DNA of 45,105 nt from a virus. Lineage: Duplodnaviria; Caudoviricetes. Positions 1 to 8,791 of this stretch are shown here, piece after piece. Position 1 is the stretch's first letter, and every line of letters begins with the position of its first letter. The stretch spans positions 1 to 45,105 of IMG/VR virus record IMGVR_UViG_3300025018_000224, one strand, 5' to 3'. The translations under genes and the position numbers were made by a program. Under the pieces are notes generated by a model. That model was not told the DNA's origin. It searched no databases and saw nothing but the letters and a program-made list of their open reading frames with translations.

Positions 1-161
1 CCCCCCCAGTTCCCGGAACACCCCCCTTTGTGCCGGTGGCTATGATTACTGGTGTGGTTACTGCCTGTATTCCCGTGCCATGCCCAAGCGATTCCCGGGT
101 GGTGTATTTATGCTAGATTGAAAATTTTAAGCGGGGGGGTAGTAATTGTGAGGAGTAGGGG
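1..161. repeat. Left copy of 161-bp direct terminal repeat
   Basis: 1-161 matches 44945-45105 except G35 versus A44979. Confidence 0.95.
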
Positions 162-320
162 AATGCATGGTATTCATTGGTGCGTGAGTTAACTGGGTGG
201 TTGGATAACGGAGGGGAGGGGGGAAAAAATGATGAAAGTCTTATGTTAATGTTATGTTAGTTGAAAGGAAATGTTATTTAAGTAACGCAATGAAATAATT
301 GAGCATTACGCATTTAGTAC

Positions 321-348
321 TTGACAGGGTCTGTATACATGATAAGAT
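321..348 (+). promoter_or_regulatory. Sigma70-type early promoter, rightward
   Basis: TTGACA (321-326), 16 bp, TAAGAT (343-348) with extended -10 TG; AT-rich upstream; precedes first + gene. Confidence 0.75.
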
Positions 349-411
349 GAAAAGAAACGAAGCGTTTTGATCGGTACGAATACTATGGGAATACAGCTAA
401 AGGAGACTGAA

Positions 412-630
412 ATGAATACGTTTTTACTGGCTGTGAAAGTGATTCAAAATCATCGGGATAAAATAACCGATGTGCATGACCACACATTTTCTTGCGCTAT
501 TTTACACTTAGTTAAAGCACGCGAAGCTGCAATCAACGGAAATCCAGAAGCATGCCAGGATAATTTAATCCGAGCCATCACAACTACGGCGATACTAATA
601 TCCCGTGGAAGTAAAAATACCCCAATATAG
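412..630 (+). CDS. Hypothetical early protein (72 aa)
   Basis: ORF 367..630; ATG 412 preceded by AAGGAG. Confidence 0.75.
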   Translation: MNTFLLAVKVIQNHRDKITDVHDHTFSCAILHLVKAREAAINGNPEACQDNLIRAITTTAILISRGSKNTPI

Positions 631-675
631 TGACCAGTTTCCCGTAGTGACCAGATTAATGTATGGAGGTTGGAA

Positions 676-1839
676 GTGAAGAAGCCAGTGCAGATTAAGC
701 ATGATGAATTTGGCCGATTCTTCGCGGATGAGTTGCGGAGGTATTATGTTGCGGAGAGACAGGAAGCGATTCAGTCTATCCTCGCGATGGATGGGAAGAC
801 GATTGAGGAATGGACGCAGGTTCGCTCATTCCTGGATCGTGGACCTGATGATATGGCCTATGATGATTACTTGCCAATGCATGCTGGTACCTTCACTTCA
901 CGGTATGGAGTTATTCCTGTCGGTCAAACGGGGGGCGAATGTCCTTTCCTGTATTGCCGTGTGACCGGGCAGCCTATTGGGCAGATGTCGATGGATATGG
1001 TGACAATGTATTTGCGTTCGGGGTTCACGTCTCGCCGGGAATTATATGACAACGCGTTATTGATGGCCGGGACAGCGCCTCATTGGACGAATAAAACCAC
1101 AAAGCAATTAGCCCTCAATCGGAATATTGACCCTTGGGGTTATTGCGTTTATATCCTTGATGAAGTGGGGACGGCAGAAAAACGTCGGTATATGGGAGTG
1201 AATGCAAATAAACAAGTTGTCTGGAAAGACACAAAAGATTTCATTAAATGGCAACGATCAAAGATTGTATTATTCAAACTCCTGCGTCATCACTGTGATC
1301 TCAATCTAATCCTTCGCGTGAATGAAATGGCGACAGTGATTTCCGCCGAGTTAGGGTGGAAATTCGTCCCGTTCCCAATCACGCGACCGGAGATAATGGG
1401 TTCAGACACTGCATTACGCACGTTAATTCGTTTCATGAAGGCAACATGGATGCAACGGGAGGAAATAAGGAAGAAACAATTCTACACCGCGCACGCAGTC
1501 CACGCAGCAGTTGCCACTTATGCAGTCAAAGACCAACCGGAAACAACGAAGAAAGAATTCATGCGATTGGCTTTACTCGATGCCCAGATGGAAACTTTCG
1601 GATCGGCTACATCAGCGAAAGCCGCGTATGAATCAGTGAATATCGCAAAACTTGATGCGCATTTGGATACAGTTGAAGACTCAAATGCTACAGTCTCAAC
1701 AAAACACATTGAATTGAAATTCGCACATGACAGTCTTCGCATCAAGGAAGAACGCAAAGCATACTTGGAATTGAAGAATGAAGAAAATAAAAAGAAACCT
1801 GGGTTATCCCTGACTGCATTATTCAGCAAAAGTAAGTAA
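676..1839 (+). CDS. Hypothetical protein (~387 aa)
   Basis: Long ORF; GGAGG SD before GTG 676; abuts helicase start; no family recognised. Confidence 0.85.
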   Translation: MKKPVQIKHDEFGRFFADELRRYYVAERQEAIQSILAMDGKTIEEWTQVRSFLDRGPDDMAYDDYLPMHAGTFTSRYGVIPVGQTGGECPFLYCRVTGQPIGQMSMDMVTMYLRSGFTSRRELYDNALLMAGTAPHWTNKTTKQLALNRNIDPWGYCVYILDEVGTAEKRRYMGVNANKQVVWKDTKDFIKWQRSKIVLFKLLRHHCDLNLILRVNEMATVISAELGWKFVPFPITRPEIMGSDTALRTLIRFMKATWMQREEIRKKQFYTAHAVHAAVATYAVKDQPETTKKEFMRLALLDAQMETFGSATSAKAAYESVNIAKLDAHLDTVEDSNATVSTKHIELKFAHDSLRIKEERKAYLELKNEENKKKPGLSLTALFSKSK

Positions 1840-1840
1840 C

Positions 1841-4813
1841 ATGACAAACTGGAAGCAATATCATACAATCCTTGCCCTGTTACACCTCGCGCAGCAATGT
1901 GACGGCGCTGTAACGCAGGATCACCAGGGATTCACCGGGTATCATTCCCGCCACGGAAAATACATGGCAGAGAAAGTGAACGCAGGTAAAGACCTATGGC
2001 CCGATGACGTCAAATGGATTAACGACACCATTCCTTTGTATATGAAAACTCAATTACCTTTCCTCGATCCAGAAATATTCAGAAATGAATGCAAGCAAAT
2101 GGCATCCGAGGCTGAATACGTGAAGGAAAAATGGGTTAAAGAACACACGCCAATTGAACACGTGAAGGAATACATAATCGCCCAACGTTTCCTCGGTTTA
2201 ATCCCCAAAGCGAATGCGGAAAAAATAGATCAAGAATTCTTGGGCAAGTTACAAAACTGGAAGGGTCGGCATACAGAAAAACAAGAACCTTGGGTAATCA
2301 AATTAGTTAATAAATATTGGAATGACGAATGGGATTCAATTCTTAACCCGGAGGCATTGAAGAATGGTGACGCAGGAAATGACTTGGAAGCAACTCCAGG
2401 CAATATCGCCAACGATTTACGAATTCAGCATTCAATTCCCAGCGACGAAAGTAATATTCGAGAGAGTCTTGGGAATCACCCCGGAATTGCCGGAAAAGAA
2501 CCGCAAGCCGCATTACTGCCGGCAACACCACAACGAGCATCCGCTATCCCTGGAAGTCTTACAGACCTTATTCATCGAACAAAAAGCAAAACGAGCGCAA
2601 CGCCGCAGGGACACGCGTCGATGGACACACAAAAAAGCGGCGATTTATACGAGCAGGTACTGGAACGAGAAGTCTTGGCAATACCGCAACCGCAACCGCA
2701 GTTGGCAATACACCAAACACTTGCTGAAAAGATTGCAGCGACACGAAGGAAAGCGGCTTTGCCGGAAGGAATACGGGGAGCTACTAGAAACGATGCAGTT
2801 GGACCTGGAAGAATTCCGACAAATGGAACAGGAAATGAACGATTCGATGTTCCTGGAGGAATTGGATTCCTGGGATCGGGAACAACAACGGCGGGAAGCC
2901 TTGGTGCTGGAGGAAATGATAGATTACTACCTGGACACGGACCCGACATACGACTGGGATTGACACCGACGAACAAGCCCACCCTCGCTGACCTAATCGC
3001 AAAATCAAAAGCCCGCGTGAGTGAAGAAACAGCCAACGATCCGCTTTCGTTGGCTGTAAACTCTGATGTTGATTTAGTCCTGACAAATATTCAGGAACCA
3101 CCTGGGAAGAAACACATTGATTGGGATGATCTTGATCCCTCACAAAAAGCCGCGATTGAAGGGATGTTGCAAGAACAATACTGCTGTATGACAGGCGCCG
3201 CAGGTACGGGGAAGACGACCCTGGAGAAATTATTAATCGACCGTATTGCGGGAGCCGTCGGAGAAGTGAACATCGCTCGATATTCGAAAGGTGAACAGGA
3301 ATCAACGGAGGTACGGCCAGAACGAAAAATTCCATCCATCACCTGCATTGCATTCACGGGCCGGGCGACACAACAAACCAAGCAAAAAATGCCGGAGACA
3401 TATCATCCGGGAATTATGACCATTCATAAGATGCTTGGTTTCTATCCGGAAATGACGGATGTATTCGATGAAGAAATTCAGGAGTATAAAATCTCCAGAC
3501 GTTTTGTTCCTTACTATGATGAAACAAACAAACATCCGTGGAAGATCGTGATTATCGACGAAGCTGGAATGGTCGACATTCCTCTTTGGGAAAAGATATG
3601 GGCCGCGTGCACACCACAAACCCGGATAATCATGATTGGTGACATTAATCAGCTTCCACCAGTCTATGGCATGTCGGTATTCGGTTTTGCTTTACAAGCC
3701 TGGCCGTCATTTGAATTAACAACAATTCATCGACAAAAGAATATCGACCCGAATACAGGGAAAGTGACGGAAGAACAGAATCCGATTATTGAAAATGCTT
3801 GGCGGGTTCTTCAAGGTCGCTTCCCTAAATCAATGAAAAACTTTATGCTGATTGACGTTGACAGCCATCCCGGGATTACAACGGAGGCTGTCGGTAGTGA
3901 ACGAGCACGATTCGTTGTTGAGGGAGTGATTTCATCTCTGACGAATAAAGGTGTATTCAACAAAGAAACGGATGGCATCATCGTGCCCCAAAACGGGAAT
4001 GACCCGAATAAAATGGGGTATTTGTTGGGGCAGAAACCGTTGAATGCCAAATTATGCACATTCTTCAATCCTCCGCCAACGAAAGCGGAACAACTTGTGC
4101 ATGTCGGTGATCTGCGGATTAAGGGCAAGCGAGTGTTGATTCAGATTGGTTATTTTAAAACGCATTTTGCCGTTGGCGATAAAGTAATGGTCACGCAAAA
4201 TGATAACGACAGGGGATTGACTAATGGAATGATCGGATTTGTAACAGACATTAAACGGAACGGAGCATTCGGGGCTATCGAAAAGAATGATCTGGGAGAA
4301 TTCGATATTGACGCGGCATTCATGACACTTGAAGGAATGGGGAATGTTGATGCACAACATGGCGTGAATGCAAAAGACGGCGAGAAAGAAAAGGATGAGG
4401 ATTTCAAGAAGCGTGCGGCGTCACATATCGTGACTGTTGATTTCGGGGAGACATACGATGGGACAAGAGTTGTCGAAGAATTTTCTACTGTTGGGCATGT
4501 TAGCAATCTTGTTTTGGCTTATGCCTTTACTTGCCATAAAGCTCAAGGTGGTGAATACCCAATGGTCATTATCGTGGTTCATTCCTCTAATCACCGTATG
4601 CTTTATCGGGAGTGGCTCTATACAGCTATTACTAGAGCGTCTCAACGCGTTGTGATTCTTTACAACAATAAGGGACTGGCGCAAGCAGTCAATCGACAGA
4701 GGATTAAAGGGGATAATCTTGCGGAGAAAGCGAAGATGTTCCTGCAATTGGCGGAAGGGGGTAATCCAGATCAGATTCCGACGTTACCTCAAGCGAAGAA
4801 AATGGAGAATTGA
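1841..4813 (+). CDS. RecD/Dda-like SF1 DNA helicase with long N-terminal extension
   Basis: Motifs TGAAGTGKTT, IIDEAGMV, IGDINQLPPV, LTTIHRQ, AYAFTCHKAQGGEY, LYTAITRAS; about 430 aa precede the motor. Confidence 0.92.
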   Translation: MTNWKQYHTILALLHLAQQCDGAVTQDHQGFTGYHSRHGKYMAEKVNAGKDLWPDDVKWINDTIPLYMKTQLPFLDPEIFRNECKQMASEAEYVKEKWVKEHTPIEHVKEYIIAQRFLGLIPKANAEKIDQEFLGKLQNWKGRHTEKQEPWVIKLVNKYWNDEWDSILNPEALKNGDAGNDLEATPGNIANDLRIQHSIPSDESNIRESLGNHPGIAGKEPQAALLPATPQRASAIPGSLTDLIHRTKSKTSATPQGHASMDTQKSGDLYEQVLEREVLAIPQPQPQLAIHQTLAEKIAATRRKAALPEGIRGATRNDAVGPGRIPTNGTGNERFDVPGGIGFLGSGTTTAGSLGAGGNDRLLPGHGPDIRLGLTPTNKPTLADLIAKSKARVSEETANDPLSLAVNSDVDLVLTNIQEPPGKKHIDWDDLDPSQKAAIEGMLQEQYCCMTGAAGTGKTTLEKLLIDRIAGAVGEVNIARYSKGEQESTEVRPERKIPSITCIAFTGRATQQTKQKMPETYHPGIMTIHKMLGFYPEMTDVFDEEIQEYKISRRFVPYYDETNKHPWKIVIIDEAGMVDIPLWEKIWAACTPQTRIIMIGDINQLPPVYGMSVFGFALQAWPSFELTTIHRQKNIDPNTGKVTEEQNPIIENAWRVLQGRFPKSMKNFMLIDVDSHPGITTEAVGSERARFVVEGVISSLTNKGVFNKETDGIIVPQNGNDPNKMGYLLGQKPLNAKLCTFFNPPPTKAEQLVHVGDLRIKGKRVLIQIGYFKTHFAVGDKVMVTQNDNDRGLTNGMIGFVTDIKRNGAFGAIEKNDLGEFDIDAAFMTLEGMGNVDAQHGVNAKDGEKEKDEDFKKRAASHIVTVDFGETYDGTRVVEEFSTVGHVSNLVLAYAFTCHKAQGGEYPMVIIVVHSSNHRMLYREWLYTAITRASQRVVILYNNKGLAQAVNRQRIKGDNLAEKAKMFLQLAEGGNPDQIPTLPQAKKMEN
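2364..2963 (+). CDS. Putative overprinted protein (199 aa) nested in +1 frame of helicase
   Basis: GGAGG at 2350-2354, 9 nt before ATG; coincides with low-complexity helicase linker; basic middle, acidic helical-looking C-terminus. Confidence 0.6.
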   Translation: MVTQEMTWKQLQAISPTIYEFSIQFPATKVIFERVLGITPELPEKNRKPHYCRQHHNEHPLSLEVLQTLFIEQKAKRAQRRRDTRRWTHKKAAIYTSRYWNEKSWQYRNRNRSWQYTKHLLKRLQRHEGKRLCRKEYGELLETMQLDLEEFRQMEQEMNDSMFLEELDSWDREQQRREALVLEEMIDYYLDTDPTYDWD

Positions 4814-4816
4814 GAA

Positions 4817-5146
4817 ATGAAACCAGGAGATAAAGAAGTAATCACCACGCGAATTGTAGCCGCAGACGCGGCGGTATTCCGACCTGGAAGGCAGTGTGCA
4901 TTAGCCGATGGCGGTTGGTATTCCTTCTCGCAGCCAGGCCGACTTTCCATTCTTCTCCAAGCTGCCGTAGCGAATGGCTTGGATAGCGGCCGGCTGATTG
5001 ATTTGTCGGCGCGGCAATCTATTCAGTTACTGATTGATGAACAAGTGGAAATTACTTTCGAGAAACGATGCAAGGAGAAAAAGGAACGTGGGCTTATTTA
5101 TTGGCAGTATCGCGTGGTTTTACCAAAGAAGGTGGAAAAGACATGA
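4817..5146 (+). CDS. Hypothetical protein
   Basis: ORF with upstream GGAG; tight operon packing. Confidence 0.75.
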   Translation: MKPGDKEVITTRIVAADAAVFRPGRQCALADGGWYSFSQPGRLSILLQAAVANGLDSGRLIDLSARQSIQLLIDEQVEITFEKRCKEKKERGLIYWQYRVVLPKKVEKT

Positions 5147-5430
5147 ACCCGACACTCGCAGAAATACTGGCAGCAAAACATGATACCGATTCGCGGTTGC
5201 ACGTCAACGAAGATATGATTGTGACCGACGGTGGCACGGAAACTATCCGGGTGAATGCTTCAATCGATGCAATGATGCATAATGGCGTTGCCGTGCAGCG
5301 CATAATGCCGTACAGCCCAAAGAAATTCACTGATTTGGTTCCAAAAAAGAAAAAGGATGAGAAGCCCAAGGGTAAACGGGCCAAGGTGAAGAAAGCAAGG
5401 AAACAACGGTTGGTTAGCCGTCGGAAGTAA
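5143..5430 (+). CDS. Hypothetical protein with Lys/Arg-rich tail
   Basis: ATGA overlap with previous stop; starts MNPTLAEILAAK; basic C-terminus. Confidence 0.7.
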   Translation: MNPTLAEILAAKHDTDSRLHVNEDMIVTDGGTETIRVNASIDAMMHNGVAVQRIMPYSPKKFTDLVPKKKKDEKPKGKRAKVKKARKQRLVSRRK

Positions 5431-5459
5431 CCACGGTATAAACAGAAAGGATGAAACAA

Positions 5460-5759
5460 ATGAAGCATGCTCGGAAAGACTACAACGAACGAATCCAAGA
5501 TACCGCCAATTTGATTCCGCAGGATGAGCCTGTGTTCCTTCTGCGGGCGCAGGACCCTTGTGCGATATACGCCATGTACGAGTATATCTTGCAACTGGAA
5601 AACACGTTGGTTCCCAGCATGGAGTCCGATGAATTAATTGGCTGCGTGCGTCAACAGACGACAGCGATGGAAAATTGGCCGGTGAAAAAGGCATTTCCGG
5701 ATTGCCCAAGGGAATTGTTGAAAGAATTCCCGGATGTGGACAAAGAATCCGAAGACTGA
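5460..5759 (+). CDS. Conserved-type phage hypothetical protein (DEPVFLLRAQD motif)
   Basis: AAGGA SD; motif I recall from small phage proteins. Confidence 0.75.
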   Translation: MKHARKDYNERIQDTANLIPQDEPVFLLRAQDPCAIYAMYEYILQLENTLVPSMESDELIGCVRQQTTAMENWPVKKAFPDCPRELLKEFPDVDKESED

Positions 5760-5766
5760 TTAACTT

Positions 5767-5800
5767 AGGAGCTGTGGTGTATGCCTCAGCTCCTTTATTA
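5767..5800 (+). terminator. Putative intrinsic terminator
   Basis: AGGAGCTG...CAGCTCCT stem followed by TTATTA. Confidence 0.55.
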
Positions 5801-5827
5801 AGCAGTCGGCAGAAAGGGAGTTGTGTT

Positions 5828-6064
5828 ATGAACTATGGCAAGTTGATATTTGAAATGTTTCTTATACTCGAGAAAGAATGGCCCGAAGATGGGAAACCTT
5901 TTGGCATTTTCGTCTTATCTGTATACAGTAATGGGCACATCCGCACATGCCCAGTAACAGGGAAAAGGTATACAACGCTGCGAGCGGCACGCGTAGGATT
6001 GAAAAGACATACAGCGTGCGTGGCGCGGGCGAAAGCTGCGTGGATTAAAAGTAGGGGATTGTAA
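5828..6064 (+). CDS. Hypothetical protein
   Basis: ATG 5828 after GAAGGGAG. Confidence 0.65.
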   Translation: MNYGKLIFEMFLILEKEWPEDGKPFGIFVLSVYSNGHIRTCPVTGKRYTTLRAARVGLKRHTACVARAKAAWIKSRGL

Positions 6065-6065
6065 A

Positions 6066-6230
6066 ATGAAATGGCGGCATACTGCCCCAAGTATCATCAG
6101 GGAATTATTCCAAGCCTTGGGGGATGACTTCTATTTCTTTCTTCTCGGCGCGTTAATCGGGGTCTTACTCTTTGGGACCTGGGCATTCTTCACCCTCTTT
6201 GAATTTGACATCTTGGATTGGCTGGCATGA
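6066..6230 (+). CDS. Small membrane protein (54 aa), absent from ORF track
   Basis: Hand translation MKWRHTAPSIIRELFQALGDDFYFFLLGALIGVLLFGTWAFFTLFEFDILDWLA; fills the gap exactly; ATGA overlap with next gene. Confidence 0.65.
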   Translation: MKWRHTAPSIIRELFQALGDDFYFFLLGALIGVLLFGTWAFFTLFEFDILDWLA

Positions 6231-6484
6231 AGCCGTCGGATCTGCATCCTGTATTCTGTGTATCCTGTGGTGCCATCCTCGGGATAGGGGTAAAATCGCA
6301 GGATACCCTTGTCTTCTGCCGATATTGCCTCATTCGATTTGATGCCGATTTGCAGCCTGGGGTGTTGAATGATGCAAAGGAATTCCTTAAGGCATTCGGG
6401 GAGCAAGCAAGATACGTGAGTGCTGGGTATTCCGTTTCTCCTGAAACCTTAAATAAATTCTGGCAATCCAAAAAGAACCCTTGA
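6227..6484 (+). CDS. Zn-finger-like hypothetical protein
   Basis: CVSC and CRYC pairs; ATGA coupling. Confidence 0.65.
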   Translation: MKPSDLHPVFCVSCGAILGIGVKSQDTLVFCRYCLIRFDADLQPGVLNDAKEFLKAFGEQARYVSAGYSVSPETLNKFWQSKKNP

Positions 6485-6509
6485 CATTGTATCTTTGTTA
6501 GCCTATTGT
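6481..6509 (+). promoter_or_regulatory. Sigma70-type internal promoter
   Basis: TTGACA (6481-6486), 17 bp, TATTGT (6504-6509) upstream of 6533. Confidence 0.7.
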
Positions 6510-6532
6510 AAGTAGACTGAAAGGGGTCCGTT

Positions 6533-6844
6533 ATGACCGAGTTGACTGAAACAAAGAAACATTTGATGGGGCTGTTGCGTACAGCCTACGATCATGAATA
6601 CAAGTGCACAACGGAGTTGGGTTCTGGCGCGGCCCTTGTCCAACGAATTCGGGTTGAGTTGTCCAGGATTCGCAAGCGGATGGAACGTGAGAAGCAAACG
6701 TATAAGAGTTTCAAAGTGCTGTCCAATGTTCGTCCTGTTCCGATTGATTCAGTCGATGAAGTGACGATGATTCGGACACAGAAGACATCCAATTCCCTCT
6801 CGGAGGGTATGTCGCAACTCATGAAAGAAATGGAATTGGGGTAA
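6533..6844 (+). CDS. Hypothetical protein
   Basis: AAGGGG SD; TAATG coupling to next gene. Confidence 0.8.
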   Translation: MTELTETKKHLMGLLRTAYDHEYKCTTELGSGAALVQRIRVELSRIRKRMEREKQTYKSFKVLSNVRPVPIDSVDEVTMIRTQKTSNSLSEGMSQLMKEMELG

Positions 6845-7347
6845 TGGCAAGTATTGCGGATTTAATCGCGAAGTCAAAGAATACGGTCAGTGCGGCAACA
6901 CCCGTTGGGGCTACGGCTTCCAACGTTCCGAAAGCACAGACCGCGCAGACGGCGGTTCCTCCGGCGCACTCCTCGGTTGAATCGTCGTCTGTGCTTCCTT
7001 CCCTCATTCAACAATCTCCGTCAAATGAAGTGGCGATTGTACCCGAGGCAGAGGCCCAAGAATTCATCGACATGCTTAGGACGATGAAGGATTTGTTGGA
7101 TGATCCCGACAATATTCAAACGATTCTACGCACAGTCATGATTGACATGCAGGCATCTCCGCATTTGGTGGAGTTGCTACAACCAGAAGATTTCGGATTG
7201 ATGATTCGGGCTATGCATCAAGCTATGGGAGTTGCCCAGATTCGGAAGACAGAGACTCGAAGTAAATCAGCGGCGAGTAAGAAATCTGGAAAGTATGCAG
7301 ACGCAATTGCCCTTTCGTTGGAGGAATTAGGGGGCATTACGCTATGA
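6844..7347 (+). CDS. Hypothetical protein with disordered N-terminus
   Basis: Coupled on both sides; starts MASIADLIAKSK. Confidence 0.85.
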   Translation: MASIADLIAKSKNTVSAATPVGATASNVPKAQTAQTAVPPAHSSVESSSVLPSLIQQSPSNEVAIVPEAEAQEFIDMLRTMKDLLDDPDNIQTILRTVMIDMQASPHLVELLQPEDFGLMIRAMHQAMGVAQIRKTETRSKSAASKKSGKYADAIALSLEELGGITL

Positions 7348-8285
7348 CGGATAAAACGTTATTCCTTTCGTTCTCTTCCCGAGGGACTCTTGGCAATTGC
7401 CCGAGAAAGTTTCAGTTTTCCAAGTTATTCCAGCATCCGAGACGTGCTGAGAATTTCACAGCGAGTGTCGGGAAAGCGATTCATGTTGGTTATCAAACCT
7501 GGCTTGAGACAGGAGATTTGGATAAAGCATTATTTGCTTTGATGCTTGCATACCCGGTTGCACAGAATTGGAATTTCTTGGATGAGCGTTCGCTTGAAGC
7601 GTCGGCATTTACATTAATCAATATGACGGAGACTTCATTCTCTGCCGAATTTGAAGTAGCGAGGATTAAAACATTGCAGGGTATAATCATGCCTGCGATT
7701 GAGGTCCCATTCCAGATTAATTTCCTCAATGAAAAGGGTGATCCGATTCGCCTAGTCAATGACATGATCGTAGCGTACCGTGGGTTCATCGACGCGATTA
7801 TGTATTCATCTTTCCTCGATCGCTACAGAGTAACGGATATTAAAACGCATCGAGACGCCAGGGCGGATCAGTCAGCGAAGTATAAATTCCACGGACAGCA
7901 GATTCCTTATGGTGTGGTTCTTGAATTTATTCTCGGCCGCAAGCTTGAAGAATTTGACGTGTCTTACATGTCCACATTCATTGACATCCTAAGTCCGAAG
8001 GTTGACATATACACATTCAGGAAGAATAAGAAAGAATTGCAAAATTGGTTGGTTAATTTGATTCTTGATTTACGTATGCTGAATTCATACTTGACCTTGA
8101 ATTATTTTAAAAGGACTGAGTATGGATGCCAAGCGTATGGCAGCGATTGTCATTTCTTCCAGGTTTGCGAGAATGCCAATAATGAAACCATCCAAAAAAT
8201 ATTCTTGATGGGCCAGGAACCTGCGGAAGAAATGCCATGGGAACCTTGGGTTGTTCTTGACGTTGTATTACCTGGAGAAGTGTGA
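7344..8285 (+). CDS. PD-(D/E)XK exonuclease, Cas4/RecB-like
   Basis: GKAIH, AIEVPF, GFIDAI, VTDIKT; one N-terminal plus three C-terminal Cys, consistent with an Fe-S staple. Confidence 0.85.
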   Translation: MTDKTLFLSFSSRGTLGNCPRKFQFSKLFQHPRRAENFTASVGKAIHVGYQTWLETGDLDKALFALMLAYPVAQNWNFLDERSLEASAFTLINMTETSFSAEFEVARIKTLQGIIMPAIEVPFQINFLNEKGDPIRLVNDMIVAYRGFIDAIMYSSFLDRYRVTDIKTHRDARADQSAKYKFHGQQIPYGVVLEFILGRKLEEFDVSYMSTFIDILSPKVDIYTFRKNKKELQNWLVNLILDLRMLNSYLTLNYFKRTEYGCQAYGSDCHFFQVCENANNETIQKIFLMGQEPAEEMPWEPWVVLDVVLPGEV

Positions 8286-8389
8286 TGAGAAAGAAACCTC
8301 AACCGAAGCCTTCGACTCCTTGGTGGCTTGTGCCACTTACTGTTCTTATTTTAACACTTTTAGTGAACGTGATTCGGCACATAGGGTAA
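8285..8389 (+). CDS. Small membrane peptide (34 aa), absent from ORF track
   Basis: MRKKPQPKPSTPWWLVPLTVLILTLLVNVIRHIG; GGAG SD; TGATG coupling. Confidence 0.55.
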   Translation: MRKKPQPKPSTPWWLVPLTVLILTLLVNVIRHIG

Positions 8390-8400
8390 GGATTAAGTCA

Positions 8401-8658
8401 ATGATTGAACGCGCGATGCTTGGAAAGATTACGTTCGCGGGGAAATCCTTGCAAGAGGTAGTGAGGAAATTGCGGGAACAAGGATATACAGTTGACGTTG
8501 ATCTGGAATCTGATGCTTTCGTTCTTACTGTAGTTCAGAAGATTCGTTTGCCACTTGACGTAATGGAGCCGCGCGATGTCGAATCCAAAGAAGCTGGATC
8601 AATTGGAATTCAAACGGTTGACGCGTTACCTGAACGTGGCGACCTCGAATCTCGATGA
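8401..8658 (+). CDS. Hypothetical protein
   Basis: 3' part of ORF 8251..8658; ATG 8401 after TAAGGA. Confidence 0.6.
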   Translation: MIERAMLGKITFAGKSLQEVVRKLREQGYTVDVDLESDAFVLTVVQKIRLPLDVMEPRDVESKEAGSIGIQTVDALPERGDLESR

Positions 8659-8791
8659 TTTGACTGAGTGGGAACAGGACTTTGTTCGCTGTCAACAGGT
8701 GTTATATGAATCTTTGGGGAGTAGGATGCTGATGTCAGTGCCGCAATGGGAAGTTTGGTTTGCCATTGCTGGGAAACTGGGAGCGATCTGA
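8576..8791 (+). CDS. Hypothetical protein (LTEWEQDF motif)
   Basis: GGAG SD; small helical phage-domain motif; TGATG coupling. Confidence 0.7.
   Translation: MSNPKKLDQLEFKRLTRYLNVATSNLDDLTEWEQDFVRCQQVLYESLGSRMLMSVPQWEVWFAIAGKLGAI

Noticed and set aside
7344-8285. CRISPR-Cas locus from the Cas4-like nuclease
   Set aside because: No repeat-spacer array or other cas genes; context is phage recombination
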